Assembly (NCBI GenBank): GCA_965248925.1 | Contig: CBDFLE010000006.1 | Coordinates: 64,001 to 128,000 of the forward strand | Direction of reading: 5' to 3' | DNA length: 64,000 bases | Source of the DNA: Candidatus Multivoradales bacterium | GTDB taxonomy: Bacteria > Acidobacteriota > Thermoanaerobaculia > Multivoradales > J023 | Part shown: positions 1 to 8,841 of the stretch, piece by piece | How the letters are laid out: every line of letters begins with the position of its first letter | Position numbering within the stretch: position 1 is the stretch's first letter | Notes under the pieces: generated by a model | The model's input: the letters and a program-made list of their open reading frames with translations, nothing else | Told to the model about the DNA's origin: nothing | Databases searched by the model: none | Translations under genes and position numbers: made by a program

Positions 1-10
1 GCGCTGGCAC

Positions 11-778
11 TTAATCGTCGAGACTAAACTCTTTGCGCGTGCCGGAGTTGCCGGCGCCGACTAACTTGCCGTCCTCGAAACGCAAGCTGCTGGACAGCCC
101 GCTGCTTTCGTCGGTCTTGATTCGCCAGAATCCAACTTCTGTTCCTTTAGACTGACGCAAGTTCCATATTTCAATTTTCTTACCGTCTTCGATCTTGGTT
201 TCGAAGGACTCCGGCGCGCCGGTGATATAGAACACCTGCCGCTTGCTCATACCGTTGTCGAGCTTGCGATCGGCGATCGCCTGCTTGATGTCTGCCGACC
301 AGTCGTCGTGCCCTTCTTGCAGCGGCTGGTGGGCGAAGGCCAGATCGGCGGCCGCCTTGAAATCCTCGAGGCTGTTGATCTTGATCAGCTTGATCACCGT
401 CTGCTCGTCGTCAGCCGGGCCCACTCCCTCGATCTCTAGCTCGACTTCGTCGCCATCGAAGTCGATTTCCTCGATCTCGACTGGATCGTTGATGCGGATG
501 CCCCAATAGGTGCCACCGGCGTGCCACGGACTGGCGTTGAAGGCGTCAGGATCGTCCATCTCGCTCGATTCGGGACTGATCTCGATCAGTGGGCTGTAGT
601 ACACCCCAAACGAATGCCGGCCCTTATTGCAGGGTGCGTCCATGCGCATGTAGAGGGTGCCGGAGAGCATTTTCTTGGCGGCTTTGCGGTCGCTCTTGGC
701 GAGGCCGGCGAATACGGAGGGTGCCAGCAGCACGGCCAGCGCCCAGAGGACTGTTGTGTGCACGTTGCTTCTCTTCAT
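11..778 (-). CDS. Hypothetical exported protein
   Basis: 255-aa ORF with signal peptide (LWALAVLLAPSVFA), AAGGAG RBS upstream, C-terminal GMSKRQV..I.G.P..E.W segment reminiscent of SmpA/OmlA-like domains. Confidence 0.75.
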   Translation of the reverse strand: MKRSNVHTTVLWALAVLLAPSVFAGLAKSDRKAAKKMLSGTLYMRMDAPCNKGRHSFGVYYSPLIEISPESSEMDDPDAFNASPWHAGGTYWGIRINDPVEIEEIDFDGDEVELEIEGVGPADDEQTVIKLIKINSLEDFKAAADLAFAHQPLQEGHDDWSADIKQAIADRKLDNGMSKRQVFYITGAPESFETKIEDGKKIEIWNLRQSKGTEVGFWRIKTDESSGLSSSLRFEDGKLVGAGNSGTRKEFSLDD

Positions 779-979
779 AAGGTCTCCTTCAGATTTAGCA
801 TTGCAGGCGCCGAGGATATCACCGCGGCTCTCCGCCTACCTGGGCTGCACTCGCTTCTCAACGTGCAGGAGCAGGTTGATCGCCAAATCTTCGACCCCAC
901 AGGCCATGCTAATCTGCGGCCGATTCCGCGGCTCACCGCGACCTAACCGCCGCCGACAGTTTCTAGGAGTCAGCAGCCC

Positions 980-1972
980 ATGAGCGACCGTCATCCGCCC
1001 CGTATCGTCCACATTGGCCTCGGCCCGGTAGGCTCGGCTATCGTGCGGGAGATTCTCCGCCGCCAAGCCGGCCAGCTGGTCGGTGCCCTCGACCTCGACC
1101 CAGCCAAGGCGGGTCGCGACTTGGGTGAGGTGATCGAAGCCGGTGAGCAGCTCGGCATCGAAGTTGGCAGCGATGCCAACGCCGTGCTCAACGCCAGCCG
1201 GCCACAATTAGCGATCCTCACCACCACCTCGAGCCTCGAACGGCTGAGCGCACAGGTGATCGACCTGGTCGGCCGCGGAATCGCCGTGCTCAGCACCTGC
1301 GAGGAGCTCTCCTATCCCTGGGCTAGCCAGCCCGAACTGGCCGCCGAGATCGACCGCGCCGCCCGCGCCGCCGGAGTGGCGGTGCTGTCGACCGGAGTCA
1401 ATCCAGGCTTCCTGATGGACTTTCTCCCCTCGGCGATGTCGACCCTGTGCCGCGACGTACGCAGCGTGCGGATCAAGCGCCTGCTCGATGCCGGGGCGCG
1501 GCGCCAAGCCTTCCAGGACAAGGTCGGTGCCGGTCTCGACCTCGATTCGTTTGCCCAGCGCGCCGCCGCCGGCACCTTGCGCCACGTCGGTCTAAGGGAA
1601 TCGACCGACATGGTGGCCGCCGCTCTCGGCTGGAGCCTCGACGACTACAGCGAAGAACTCGAACCGGTGCTCGACGACTCCGGCGAGCGGGCCCGCGGCA
1701 CCTTGCAGATCGGCCGCGGTTTCGTCGCTGGTGATGAGCGCGTCACCCTCTATTTCCGCGCCGCGGTGGGCGAGCAAGACCCCCACGACCGCATCATCAT
1801 CGACGCCGAGCCCCCCGTCGACAGCACCATTCGCGGCGGTGTCCACGGCGACTTGGCGACCCACAACGTGGTCATCAACTCCATCCCGGCGGTGCTTGCC
1901 GCCCAGCCGGGGCTGCGTACCATGCTCGACCTGGCCACTCCAGGCTGCCGGGCGGAGTGCAGCGGCGTCTAG
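980..1972 (+). CDS. NAD(P)-dependent DapB-like / 2,4-diaminopentanoate (amine) dehydrogenase family protein
   Basis: Rossmann GLGPVG, STCEELSYPW, TGVNPGFLMD and GGVHGD motifs; AGGAG RBS. Confidence 0.85.
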   Translation: MSDRHPPRIVHIGLGPVGSAIVREILRRQAGQLVGALDLDPAKAGRDLGEVIEAGEQLGIEVGSDANAVLNASRPQLAILTTTSSLERLSAQVIDLVGRGIAVLSTCEELSYPWASQPELAAEIDRAARAAGVAVLSTGVNPGFLMDFLPSAMSTLCRDVRSVRIKRLLDAGARRQAFQDKVGAGLDLDSFAQRAAAGTLRHVGLRESTDMVAAALGWSLDDYSEELEPVLDDSGERARGTLQIGRGFVAGDERVTLYFRAAVGEQDPHDRIIIDAEPPVDSTIRGGVHGDLATHNVVINSIPAVLAAQPGLRTMLDLATPGCRAECSGV

Positions 1973-2009
1973 CAGCCGCAATCACTCGGTCTCCGACTAT
2001 GCTCACCCC

Positions 2010-2723
2010 ATGAACCCGTGGATTCTAGTAGCCGTCGTATTCTTCTCCTCAGCGCTGACCGCGATTCTCGGAATCGGTGGCGGTATCTTGTTGATCGCCC
2101 TGATGCCGGGGCTGCTACCGGCGGCGGCGATCGTGCCCGTGCATGGGGTCGTGCAGCTGGCCTCGAACTCTAGCCGGGCCTACTTCGCCCGCCGCTCGAT
2201 CGCCTGGCAGCCGCTGCTGCCTTTTGCCGCTGGCGCCCTGCTCGGTGCCGCGGTCGGCTCGCAGGTGGTGGTCGAGTTACCCGCGGGCGGGCTGCCGCTG
2301 CTGCTCGGTGGCTTTATCTTGCTGACTACGTGGCTGCCCGGGATCGCCATGGCGCGGTGGCCGGGCCGCTTCTTCACTATCGGCGGGGTGCAGACCTTCG
2401 TCTCCCTCTTTGTCGGCGCTGCCGGCCCGCTAGTCTCGCCGCTACTGTTGCGGGAAGGCTACGAACACCGCCGCGTCGTCGCCACCCACGGCGCGATGAT
2501 GACCTTGCTGCATGCCTTGAAATCCCTGACTTTTCTCGCCCTGGGCTTCTCTTTCGCCCACTGGTGGCCTCTCATCGCCGCCATGGTGGTCTCCGCTACC
2601 GCCGGTTCATGGGTCGGCAACCGGCTGCGCGAGCATCTGCCGGAGACTAACTTGCGGCTGGCTTTCAAGCTCTTGCTAACTGTTCTGGCGTTACGCCTGG
2701 TGCTGAGTCCCTTGTGGGCTTGA
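2010..2723 (+). CDS. TauE/SafE (TSUP) family membrane transporter
   Basis: Hydrophobic; GIGGGILL, VPVHGVVQLASNSSRA, GAAGPL motifs; ATG at 2010 is in frame with ORF 1731..2723. Confidence 0.85.
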   Translation: MNPWILVAVVFFSSALTAILGIGGGILLIALMPGLLPAAAIVPVHGVVQLASNSSRAYFARRSIAWQPLLPFAAGALLGAAVGSQVVVELPAGGLPLLLGGFILLTTWLPGIAMARWPGRFFTIGGVQTFVSLFVGAAGPLVSPLLLREGYEHRRVVATHGAMMTLLHALKSLTFLALGFSFAHWWPLIAAMVVSATAGSWVGNRLREHLPETNLRLAFKLLLTVLALRLVLSPLWA

Positions 2724-2833
2724 ATCGCGCCGGCAACTGCTCATCCGCACCACGGCGCGGCCGCCCTGATTCTCAGTGCTAACATTGCTCAGACTCGGAA
2801 CGGAACGCTCTATCCACTTGCCTGGAGGACATT

Positions 2834-3388
2834 ATGCGGCGTCAACAGTTGCTTCTTTCTACTGCCTTGATCGTCTTACTTGTGACGCTGGGCGGCTGGG
2901 GTAAGAACAAGTCCAAGAAGACCGATCTCTATACCTGGCACGACCGAGCTCAGTCTTTCGCCGAGTTGAAGACTTTTGATTGGCAGCCTGCCGAGCGCTT
3001 GATGTCGAAGAGCCAATCGGCCCTAGACCGCTGGATCGTCGGGTCGGTAGAGCGCGAACTCTCCGAGCACGGGATGCGTCACTCTGACGCCGCCGAAGTC
3101 GACTTCGTGATCGCTTACGAGTACGCCTCACCGGATCGCGGACGCCGCGGAAAGCCCACCAGCCGCGCTCCCTCCGGTGGTTGCCGGCGCGGAAAGTGCC
3201 AGCGCGCCAACCCCAAAGCAACCGCGGTGAAACTCGACAACACTCTCTATTTCGAATTTCAGGATCCGGTGACCCGGCTACCCTTCTGGCGCGGGCGCAT
3301 CCGGCCAGTATTGGGCCGCGCCGACGACTTGGAAGGAGATTTCGTCAGCGCAGTGAAAGAGGTTTTCCTCCAGTATCCACCCAGCTGA
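2834..3388 (+). CDS. DUF4136-like exported protein
   Basis: Signal peptide, F..LKTFDW, L...G.....DF.I.Y, TL.FEF.DP.T...FWRG and terminal QYPP pattern; GGAGG RBS. Confidence 0.7.
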   Translation: MRRQQLLLSTALIVLLVTLGGWGKNKSKKTDLYTWHDRAQSFAELKTFDWQPAERLMSKSQSALDRWIVGSVERELSEHGMRHSDAAEVDFVIAYEYASPDRGRRGKPTSRAPSGGCRRGKCQRANPKATAVKLDNTLYFEFQDPVTRLPFWRGRIRPVLGRADDLEGDFVSAVKEVFLQYPPS

Positions 3389-3393
3389 GCTGG

Positions 3394-4833
3394 TCAGCCT
3401 GCCGCGCAGGTTTGGTCTTGCGCGGCCACCGCTAGGCGAATGTCTTCGATCGCCATCTCCAGCCGTGGGCGATGGGTGCGGAAAGAGAGCACACAGAGGC
3501 GCAAGATCACCCGCCCATCGATGACCGTGTCGGTCATTAACACCCGCTGACGGCGGTTGATCAGGTCGAGTATTCGCCGATTACGCACATTGAGTTCTGC
3601 CTCCGACAACCCCGGAGCAGCCCAACGAAAAGGAACCAGAGATAGTTCCGGCTCGGTCAAGACCTCGATCCCCGGGATCTGGCGCAGCTGCTCGGCAGCC
3701 CAGCGAGCCAGATCAAGCTTTTCGTCGAGACAGTCGCGAAACACGCCGATACCGTGCATCTTGATCGGCAACCAGGCGCGCAAAGCGCGAAATGGCCGGG
3801 TCAGTTCAGGGGATATCTCACTGAAATCCACTCGCTCTGCCTGGTCTTGTAACGGTGGCATGTAGTCGGCGGAAACCGCGTGGGCACGCCGTAGGGCTGC
3901 CGGATCGCGCACCAGCAAAGCGCCGCTGCCGTAGGGCAGAAAGAGGCTCTTGTGCGGATCGAGGGCGATTGAGTCGGCCCGCTCCAGCCCCACTAAAGCC
4001 AACTGGCCACGCTCGGTCATGGCAAAGAACCCGCCGTAGGCAGCATCCACATGCAGCCACAGTCTCTGCCGCTGGGCGATCTCGGCCATCGCCGGCAACG
4101 GATCTACCGCGCCAGTGTTGGTGGTGCCGGCACTGGCCACCACCAAGAAAGGCTGCTTGCCTTGCGACCGATCCTCCGCCACCAGTCGGCTCAGTTCGTC
4201 GGGCCGCAGGCGGAAGGCTCCATCGCAAGGCACCGAACGCACATTGGACGACGGAAAACCGGCCATCATCGCCGCTTTGACCACCGAATGATGCACCTGG
4301 GCGGAAACGTAGATCGTGCCGTTAAGAAAGTTCTCCGGCAGTAGCTCTCGCCGTGCCGTGACCACCGCCGTCCAGTTGGCCAGCGAGCCGCCGGTGGTGT
4401 TGAATCCCCCAGCGCTGGGCGGATAACCCACGATGTCGCAGAACCAGCGCACCACATTAGTTTCCAGCTGCGCCAGTCCGGGAGCAGCGATCCACACGCC
4501 GACATAGCGGTTGACGGCGGTGCTGATCAGATCGGCGAGAGCACTGTGGAAGAGACCGCCGCTGGGAATGTAGGCCAGATAGCCAGGTCCAGCGGTGTTG
4601 TAGGAGCAAGGAATCGCTTGATCGAAAAGTTGCGCCAGCAACCGTTCCAGCGGCACCCCCTGCTCGGGCAGCGCTTCGGCCAGCTGACGGGCGATCTCGG
4701 CGCCGTTCTCAACCGCCGCCGCGGGTTGCCGGTCGAGACTCTCCAGATGCTCGACGATGCGCTCCATCGCAGCGTCCACCCAGGCACGCAAGGTAGCGCT
4801 GTCCGGCTCCAGAGGATAGTCGGTCATGGTCAT
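3394..4833 (-). CDS. PLP-dependent group II (aromatic-L-amino-acid-like) decarboxylase
   Basis: GGSLAN, HHSVVKA, AGTTNTGAVDPL, WLHVDAAYGG and PLP lysine in DPHK; start chosen at ATG 4833. Confidence 0.9.
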   Translation of the reverse strand: MTMTDYPLEPDSATLRAWVDAAMERIVEHLESLDRQPAAAVENGAEIARQLAEALPEQGVPLERLLAQLFDQAIPCSYNTAGPGYLAYIPSGGLFHSALADLISTAVNRYVGVWIAAPGLAQLETNVVRWFCDIVGYPPSAGGFNTTGGSLANWTAVVTARRELLPENFLNGTIYVSAQVHHSVVKAAMMAGFPSSNVRSVPCDGAFRLRPDELSRLVAEDRSQGKQPFLVVASAGTTNTGAVDPLPAMAEIAQRQRLWLHVDAAYGGFFAMTERGQLALVGLERADSIALDPHKSLFLPYGSGALLVRDPAALRRAHAVSADYMPPLQDQAERVDFSEISPELTRPFRALRAWLPIKMHGIGVFRDCLDEKLDLARWAAEQLRQIPGIEVLTEPELSLVPFRWAAPGLSEAELNVRNRRILDLINRRQRVLMTDTVIDGRVILRLCVLSFRTHRPRLEMAIEDIRLAVAAQDQTCAAG

Positions 4834-5558
4834 TCCGCCATTGTATGACGGCGGCCCGCTCTCGCGGTCTGATCGAGCCTTCGCGACTGCCAATACCGCG
4901 CCGCCCAGAAAGGACTCTCAAGGCTGGACTTGATCACCCCACGGCGGGCCGAGGCATGCATGAACCAGCCGTCCGAGAGATAGATGCCGACATGGCGGGT
5001 TCTGTTCTTGAGCTTGAAGAACACTAAGTCGCCTGTCCGCAACTTCTTCCTTGATATCGACTTACCTTCTTGCACCTGGCCGCGAGTGGTACGAGGCAAA
5101 TCGACTCCGAGAACCGCATGAAAGGTGACAACGACCAAGCCGGAGCAGTCGATCCCGGCCTTCGAGATGCCGCCATAGCGGTAGCGAACCCCCTCCCACT
5201 CGGCCAGCTGGCGCAGCAGCAAACGCTCTAGCGCAGCTTCCGCACCGGGACGCCGAGCGGCCAGCTGGCGCTCGATCGCGGCGGCGTCTGCTCGCGCCGC
5301 GTCTCCGGCAAGCGCAGCAGCTGCAGCCCGCTCAGCCCTGCGGCGTGCCGCGGCTTCATTCTTCGCCGCAGCTTCGGCCACGGCGGTCGCCAGTGGTTTT
5401 GCTGGCGCGCGATCAACCACCGGTGGCGGCGGTGGCGGCCGTAGCTCGGGCAATCGCCCGGCGCAGCTGGTCAGCACAGTGGCTGCGAGCACTAAACAAG
5501 AGAAAGTGGCTAGGCAACGCGATCGGGGATAAATCTTGGTCAGCTCCGACATCTGCAA
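4830..5558 (-). CDS. NlpC/P60 (C40) cell-wall peptidase lipoprotein
   Basis: Lipobox LTSC, YRYGG..GIDCSG, GDLVFF, HVGIY, FMHAS. Confidence 0.9.
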   Translation of the reverse strand: MQMSELTKIYPRSRCLATFSCLVLAATVLTSCAGRLPELRPPPPPPVVDRAPAKPLATAVAEAAAKNEAAARRRAERAAAAALAGDAARADAAAIERQLAARRPGAEAALERLLLRQLAEWEGVRYRYGGISKAGIDCSGLVVVTFHAVLGVDLPRTTRGQVQEGKSISRKKLRTGDLVFFKLKNRTRHVGIYLSDGWFMHASARRGVIKSSLESPFWAARYWQSRRLDQTARAGRRHTMAE

Positions 5559-5566
5559 TCAGCTGC

Positions 5567-7384
5567 TCAAGCCACCACTTCCGACACCAGGTTATCAACG
5601 ATAAAATCCCGACGCTGCGGCGTGTTCTTGCCCATGTAGAAATCAAGAGCCTTCGAAACTTCGCTCATCGCCCGCACTTGCACCGGCTCTAGCCGGATGT
5701 CGGCACCGGTGAATTGCTTGAATTCTTTGGGAGAGATCTCACCCAGGCCCTTGAAGCGCGTGACCTCGGCCTTCTGGATGCGATCCAGGGCCTGATCGCG
5801 CTCGGCTTCGCTGTAGCAGTAGGCTGTCGCTTTTTTGTTGCGAACGCGGAACAGTGGCGTTTCGAAGATATAGACATGACCGCCAAGCACCAGCTCTTCG
5901 AAATAACGCAAGAAGTAGGTCAACAAAAGGTTACGGATATGCATGCCATCAACATCGGCGTCGGTAGCGATAACGACTTTGTTGTAACGCAGCCCTTCGA
6001 TGCCATCCTCGATGCCCAGGGCACGCATCAGGTTGTAGAGTTCTTCGTTCTTGTAAATCGCATCGCGCCTTAGGCCGTAAGTGTTGAGCGGTTTGCCCTT
6101 GATGGTGAAAATCGCCTGACTGTCGACATCGCGAGCCTGCACCATCGAACCACCGGCTGAGTCGCCCTCGGTGATGAACAGGCTCGACTCCACCGCCAGT
6201 ATGTGTTTGTCGCCGCGGTGGATCTTGCAATCAATCAGCTTGGGGATGCGGATGGCGGTTTTTCTGGCCCGCTCACGGGCCTGCTTCTTGACCGAAGCGA
6301 GTTCTTTGCGCAACTTCTCGTTGGCTTCGATCTTGGCCACCAGTTTCTGCGCATACTCAGAGTTGCGATGCAGCCAGACGTTGACCGCCTCCTTGACCGC
6401 GGCGACGATCCAACCGCGCACATCGGTGGAGCCCAGCTTGTTCTTGGTCTGGCTCTCGAACACCGGCTCTTGTAGTTTGACCGCCACTGCGCCGACGATG
6501 CCGTCGCGCACGTCGGCGCCGGCAAAACTCTTCTTGGCGAACTCGTTGATGCCCTTGAGCAAACCCTCGCGGAAAGCGCTCTGGTGGGTGCCACCATCCG
6601 CTGTATGCTGGCCGTTGACGAAGCTGAAATAGCTCTCGCCATAGCTGTTGGTGTGGGTGAAAGCGAACTCCAGCCGACTCTCGCGATGGTGCACCAGCGG
6701 ATAGACCGTCGGTTCCTCGCCAATCTCCGCCGCCAGCAGGTCTTCGAGCCCGTTCTTACTGCGAAACGCTTTGCCGTTGAGCAGCAGGGTGAGACCGGCG
6801 TTGAGGTAGGCGTAGTAGCGCAGCCGGTGCTCGATGTACTGGTCGTTCCACTCGAAATCGCCAAAGATCTCCGGGTCGGGAGCGAATTCGACGAAGGTGC
6901 CGTTCTTGCCGGCACTGTCGCGCCCCCCCTTCTCCATCGTCTTCTTGCCCCGACTGAAGAGCGCCCGCTGGTACTTCTTGTCGCGGTAGCTACACACCTG
7001 GAAGTGTACCGACAGGGCGTTGACCGCTTTGGTGCCGACCCCGTTCAGGCCGACCGAGAATTGGAAGACGTCGTCATTGAACTTGCCGCCGGTGTTGATT
7101 TCTGACACGCAGTCGACCACTTTACCCAGGGGGATGCCGCGACCGTAATCGCGCACCGACAGGGTCGAGCCGTCGCGGACGATCTCGACCCGCTTGCCGT
7201 GGCCCATGATGAACTCGTCGATAGAGTTGTCGACCACTTCCTTGAGCAGAATGTAGATGCCGTCGTCGGGATGGGAGCCATCGCCCACCCGACCGATGTA
7301 CATGCCGGTTCTCAGGCGGATGTGCGACAAGGCGTCGAGCGTCTGGATGGCGCTCTCGTCGTAGACCGGTTGCTTGTTGGCCAA
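5567..7384 (-). CDS. parE: DNA topoisomerase IV subunit B (type IIA, short form)
   Basis: EVVDNSIDE, DYGRGIP, GLNGVGTKAVNALS, TEGDSAG, TDADVDG, RFKGLGE; 605 aa, no gyrase insert. Confidence 0.85.
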   Translation of the reverse strand: MANKQPVYDESAIQTLDALSHIRLRTGMYIGRVGDGSHPDDGIYILLKEVVDNSIDEFIMGHGKRVEIVRDGSTLSVRDYGRGIPLGKVVDCVSEINTGGKFNDDVFQFSVGLNGVGTKAVNALSVHFQVCSYRDKKYQRALFSRGKKTMEKGGRDSAGKNGTFVEFAPDPEIFGDFEWNDQYIEHRLRYYAYLNAGLTLLLNGKAFRSKNGLEDLLAAEIGEEPTVYPLVHHRESRLEFAFTHTNSYGESYFSFVNGQHTADGGTHQSAFREGLLKGINEFAKKSFAGADVRDGIVGAVAVKLQEPVFESQTKNKLGSTDVRGWIVAAVKEAVNVWLHRNSEYAQKLVAKIEANEKLRKELASVKKQARERARKTAIRIPKLIDCKIHRGDKHILAVESSLFITEGDSAGGSMVQARDVDSQAIFTIKGKPLNTYGLRRDAIYKNEELYNLMRALGIEDGIEGLRYNKVVIATDADVDGMHIRNLLLTYFLRYFEELVLGGHVYIFETPLFRVRNKKATAYCYSEAERDQALDRIQKAEVTRFKGLGEISPKEFKQFTGADIRLEPVQVRAMSEVSKALDFYMGKNTPQRRDFIVDNLVSEVVA

Positions 7385-7390
7385 GGCAGC

Positions 7391-7948
7391 TCAACCACCT
7401 TTCTTGTTGTCCAGCGGCGACCGCGAGACTGGCTTCTGATCGTAGGGCAGACAAGGAGTTGTGCCAATCAAGTAGGCCAGGTGCTTGGTCTCGGCAACCC
7501 GCAAAGCCACGTTGTAGCCGCTGAACGAGGTGCGCAAGGTCGGCTGCTGGCTGCTCATGGCATCGAAGTAGGTTTCGAGACCGTTCTTCTTCCAATGCTC
7601 GTCCATCACCTCGAGCAAGCTGCGCGGCTCGACCTCGGAGTCGATCTTCAGCTTGACCTGGATCGAACTCGAAGCCGACGCTTTGCCGGCCATCGCCGCT
7701 GGGCAAGCCATCGGTCGGTCGACCGGCGCGTCGTAGGAACGGACCTTATCGCCTAGGATTGTCTCGGCCGCATCCAGCACCTGCCGCAGCTCGGCAATGG
7801 CCGCTTCGCGCTTGGGATCGTCGCTAGCTGACGATTCGGCCGCTGCCAGCTGCCAAACGACCGCGGCCAGCAGGGCAAGAAGGGTCACTCGAATGCCACT
7901 TGCCAAGAGCCGAGGGTGTCGCGGTTGTGGTGCTTGCTGGTTCTTCAT
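7391..7948 (-). CDS. Hypothetical exported protein
   Basis: ATG 7948 with GGAG upstream; hydrophobic N-terminal segment; two Cys (PMAC, TTPCL). Confidence 0.6.
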   Translation of the reverse strand: MKNQQAPQPRHPRLLASGIRVTLLALLAAVVWQLAAAESSASDDPKREAAIAELRQVLDAAETILGDKVRSYDAPVDRPMACPAAMAGKASASSSIQVKLKIDSEVEPRSLLEVMDEHWKKNGLETYFDAMSSQQPTLRTSFSGYNVALRVAETKHLAYLIGTTPCLPYDQKPVSRSPLDNKKGG

Positions 7949-8144
7949 AGGAACTCCAGAGGGGTGATGATCACGGGTCAAGGTGACTTGCTGTATTGTT
8001 GGGCAAGTAATCCGCAAGACAGATGGCAGGGTATCAGGTTACGCCACCAGGCCTTCTTAGGCGCGGTAAGATCCCTGTAACGATGCCAGCAGCGGTCGGG
8101 AGCCTCCGCCCGGCCCGATCCGGTGCCGAACAGCCTAAGAAACC

Positions 8145-8840
8145 GTGACTCCTACTGCCGATTCGATCGACCTTCGCGCGTTGCAAAACGTCTTCCCGGA
8201 TCCGCGGAACGCGCCGGCCGAGGGCCTACTGGCGGTCGGCGGCAATTACCGACCCGAGATGCTGCTCGCCGCCTACGCCAGCGGCGTCTTCCCTTGGCCC
8301 AGCGACGAGCTGCCCCACTCCTGGTTCTCCCCCGATCCACGCTGGGTAGTTCGGCCAGCCGACCTTCGCATCTCCCGCAGTCTGCGCAAGGCTGTGCGGC
8401 GAGGGGCTTTTCACATCACCTTCGACCACGCCTTCGAGCGGGTGATCGAGCTCTGCTCCAAGACCTCTCGGGCGGGCCAAGACAGTACCTGGATCACCGC
8501 CGAGATCTACCAAGGCTATTGCGATCTGCACCACATGGGCTGGGCCCATTCGGTGGAGTCCTGGCACGAAGGCGAGCTGGTGGGCGGCCTCTACGGGGTT
8601 GCAGTGGGTGGCATGTTCAGCGGCGATTCGATGTTCTACTTGCGCCCCGACGCCAGCAAGGTGGCGCTGGTGGCATTAGCTCAACACCTCGCCGAGCAGG
8701 GATTCACCTTCCTCGACTGCCAGGTTCACACCGCCAACATGGAGCGCTTCGGTGCTTTCGAGATCAGTCGCCGGCGGTTTCTCGAAGAGCTCGATCGGGC
8801 ACTCGACCTGCCCTCAAAGCCAGGCCGCTGGAGCCGCTGA
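8145..8840 (+). CDS. aat: Leucyl/phenylalanyl-tRNA-protein transferase
   Basis: GLLAVGG, AYASGVFPW, WFSPDPR, TWIT, AHSVESW, LVGGLYGV, SMF, DASKVAL, DCQ. Confidence 0.95.
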   Translation: MTPTADSIDLRALQNVFPDPRNAPAEGLLAVGGNYRPEMLLAAYASGVFPWPSDELPHSWFSPDPRWVVRPADLRISRSLRKAVRRGAFHITFDHAFERVIELCSKTSRAGQDSTWITAEIYQGYCDLHHMGWAHSVESWHEGELVGGLYGVAVGGMFSGDSMFYLRPDASKVALVALAQHLAEQGFTFLDCQVHTANMERFGAFEISRRRFLEELDRALDLPSKPGRWSR

Positions 8841-8841
8841 G

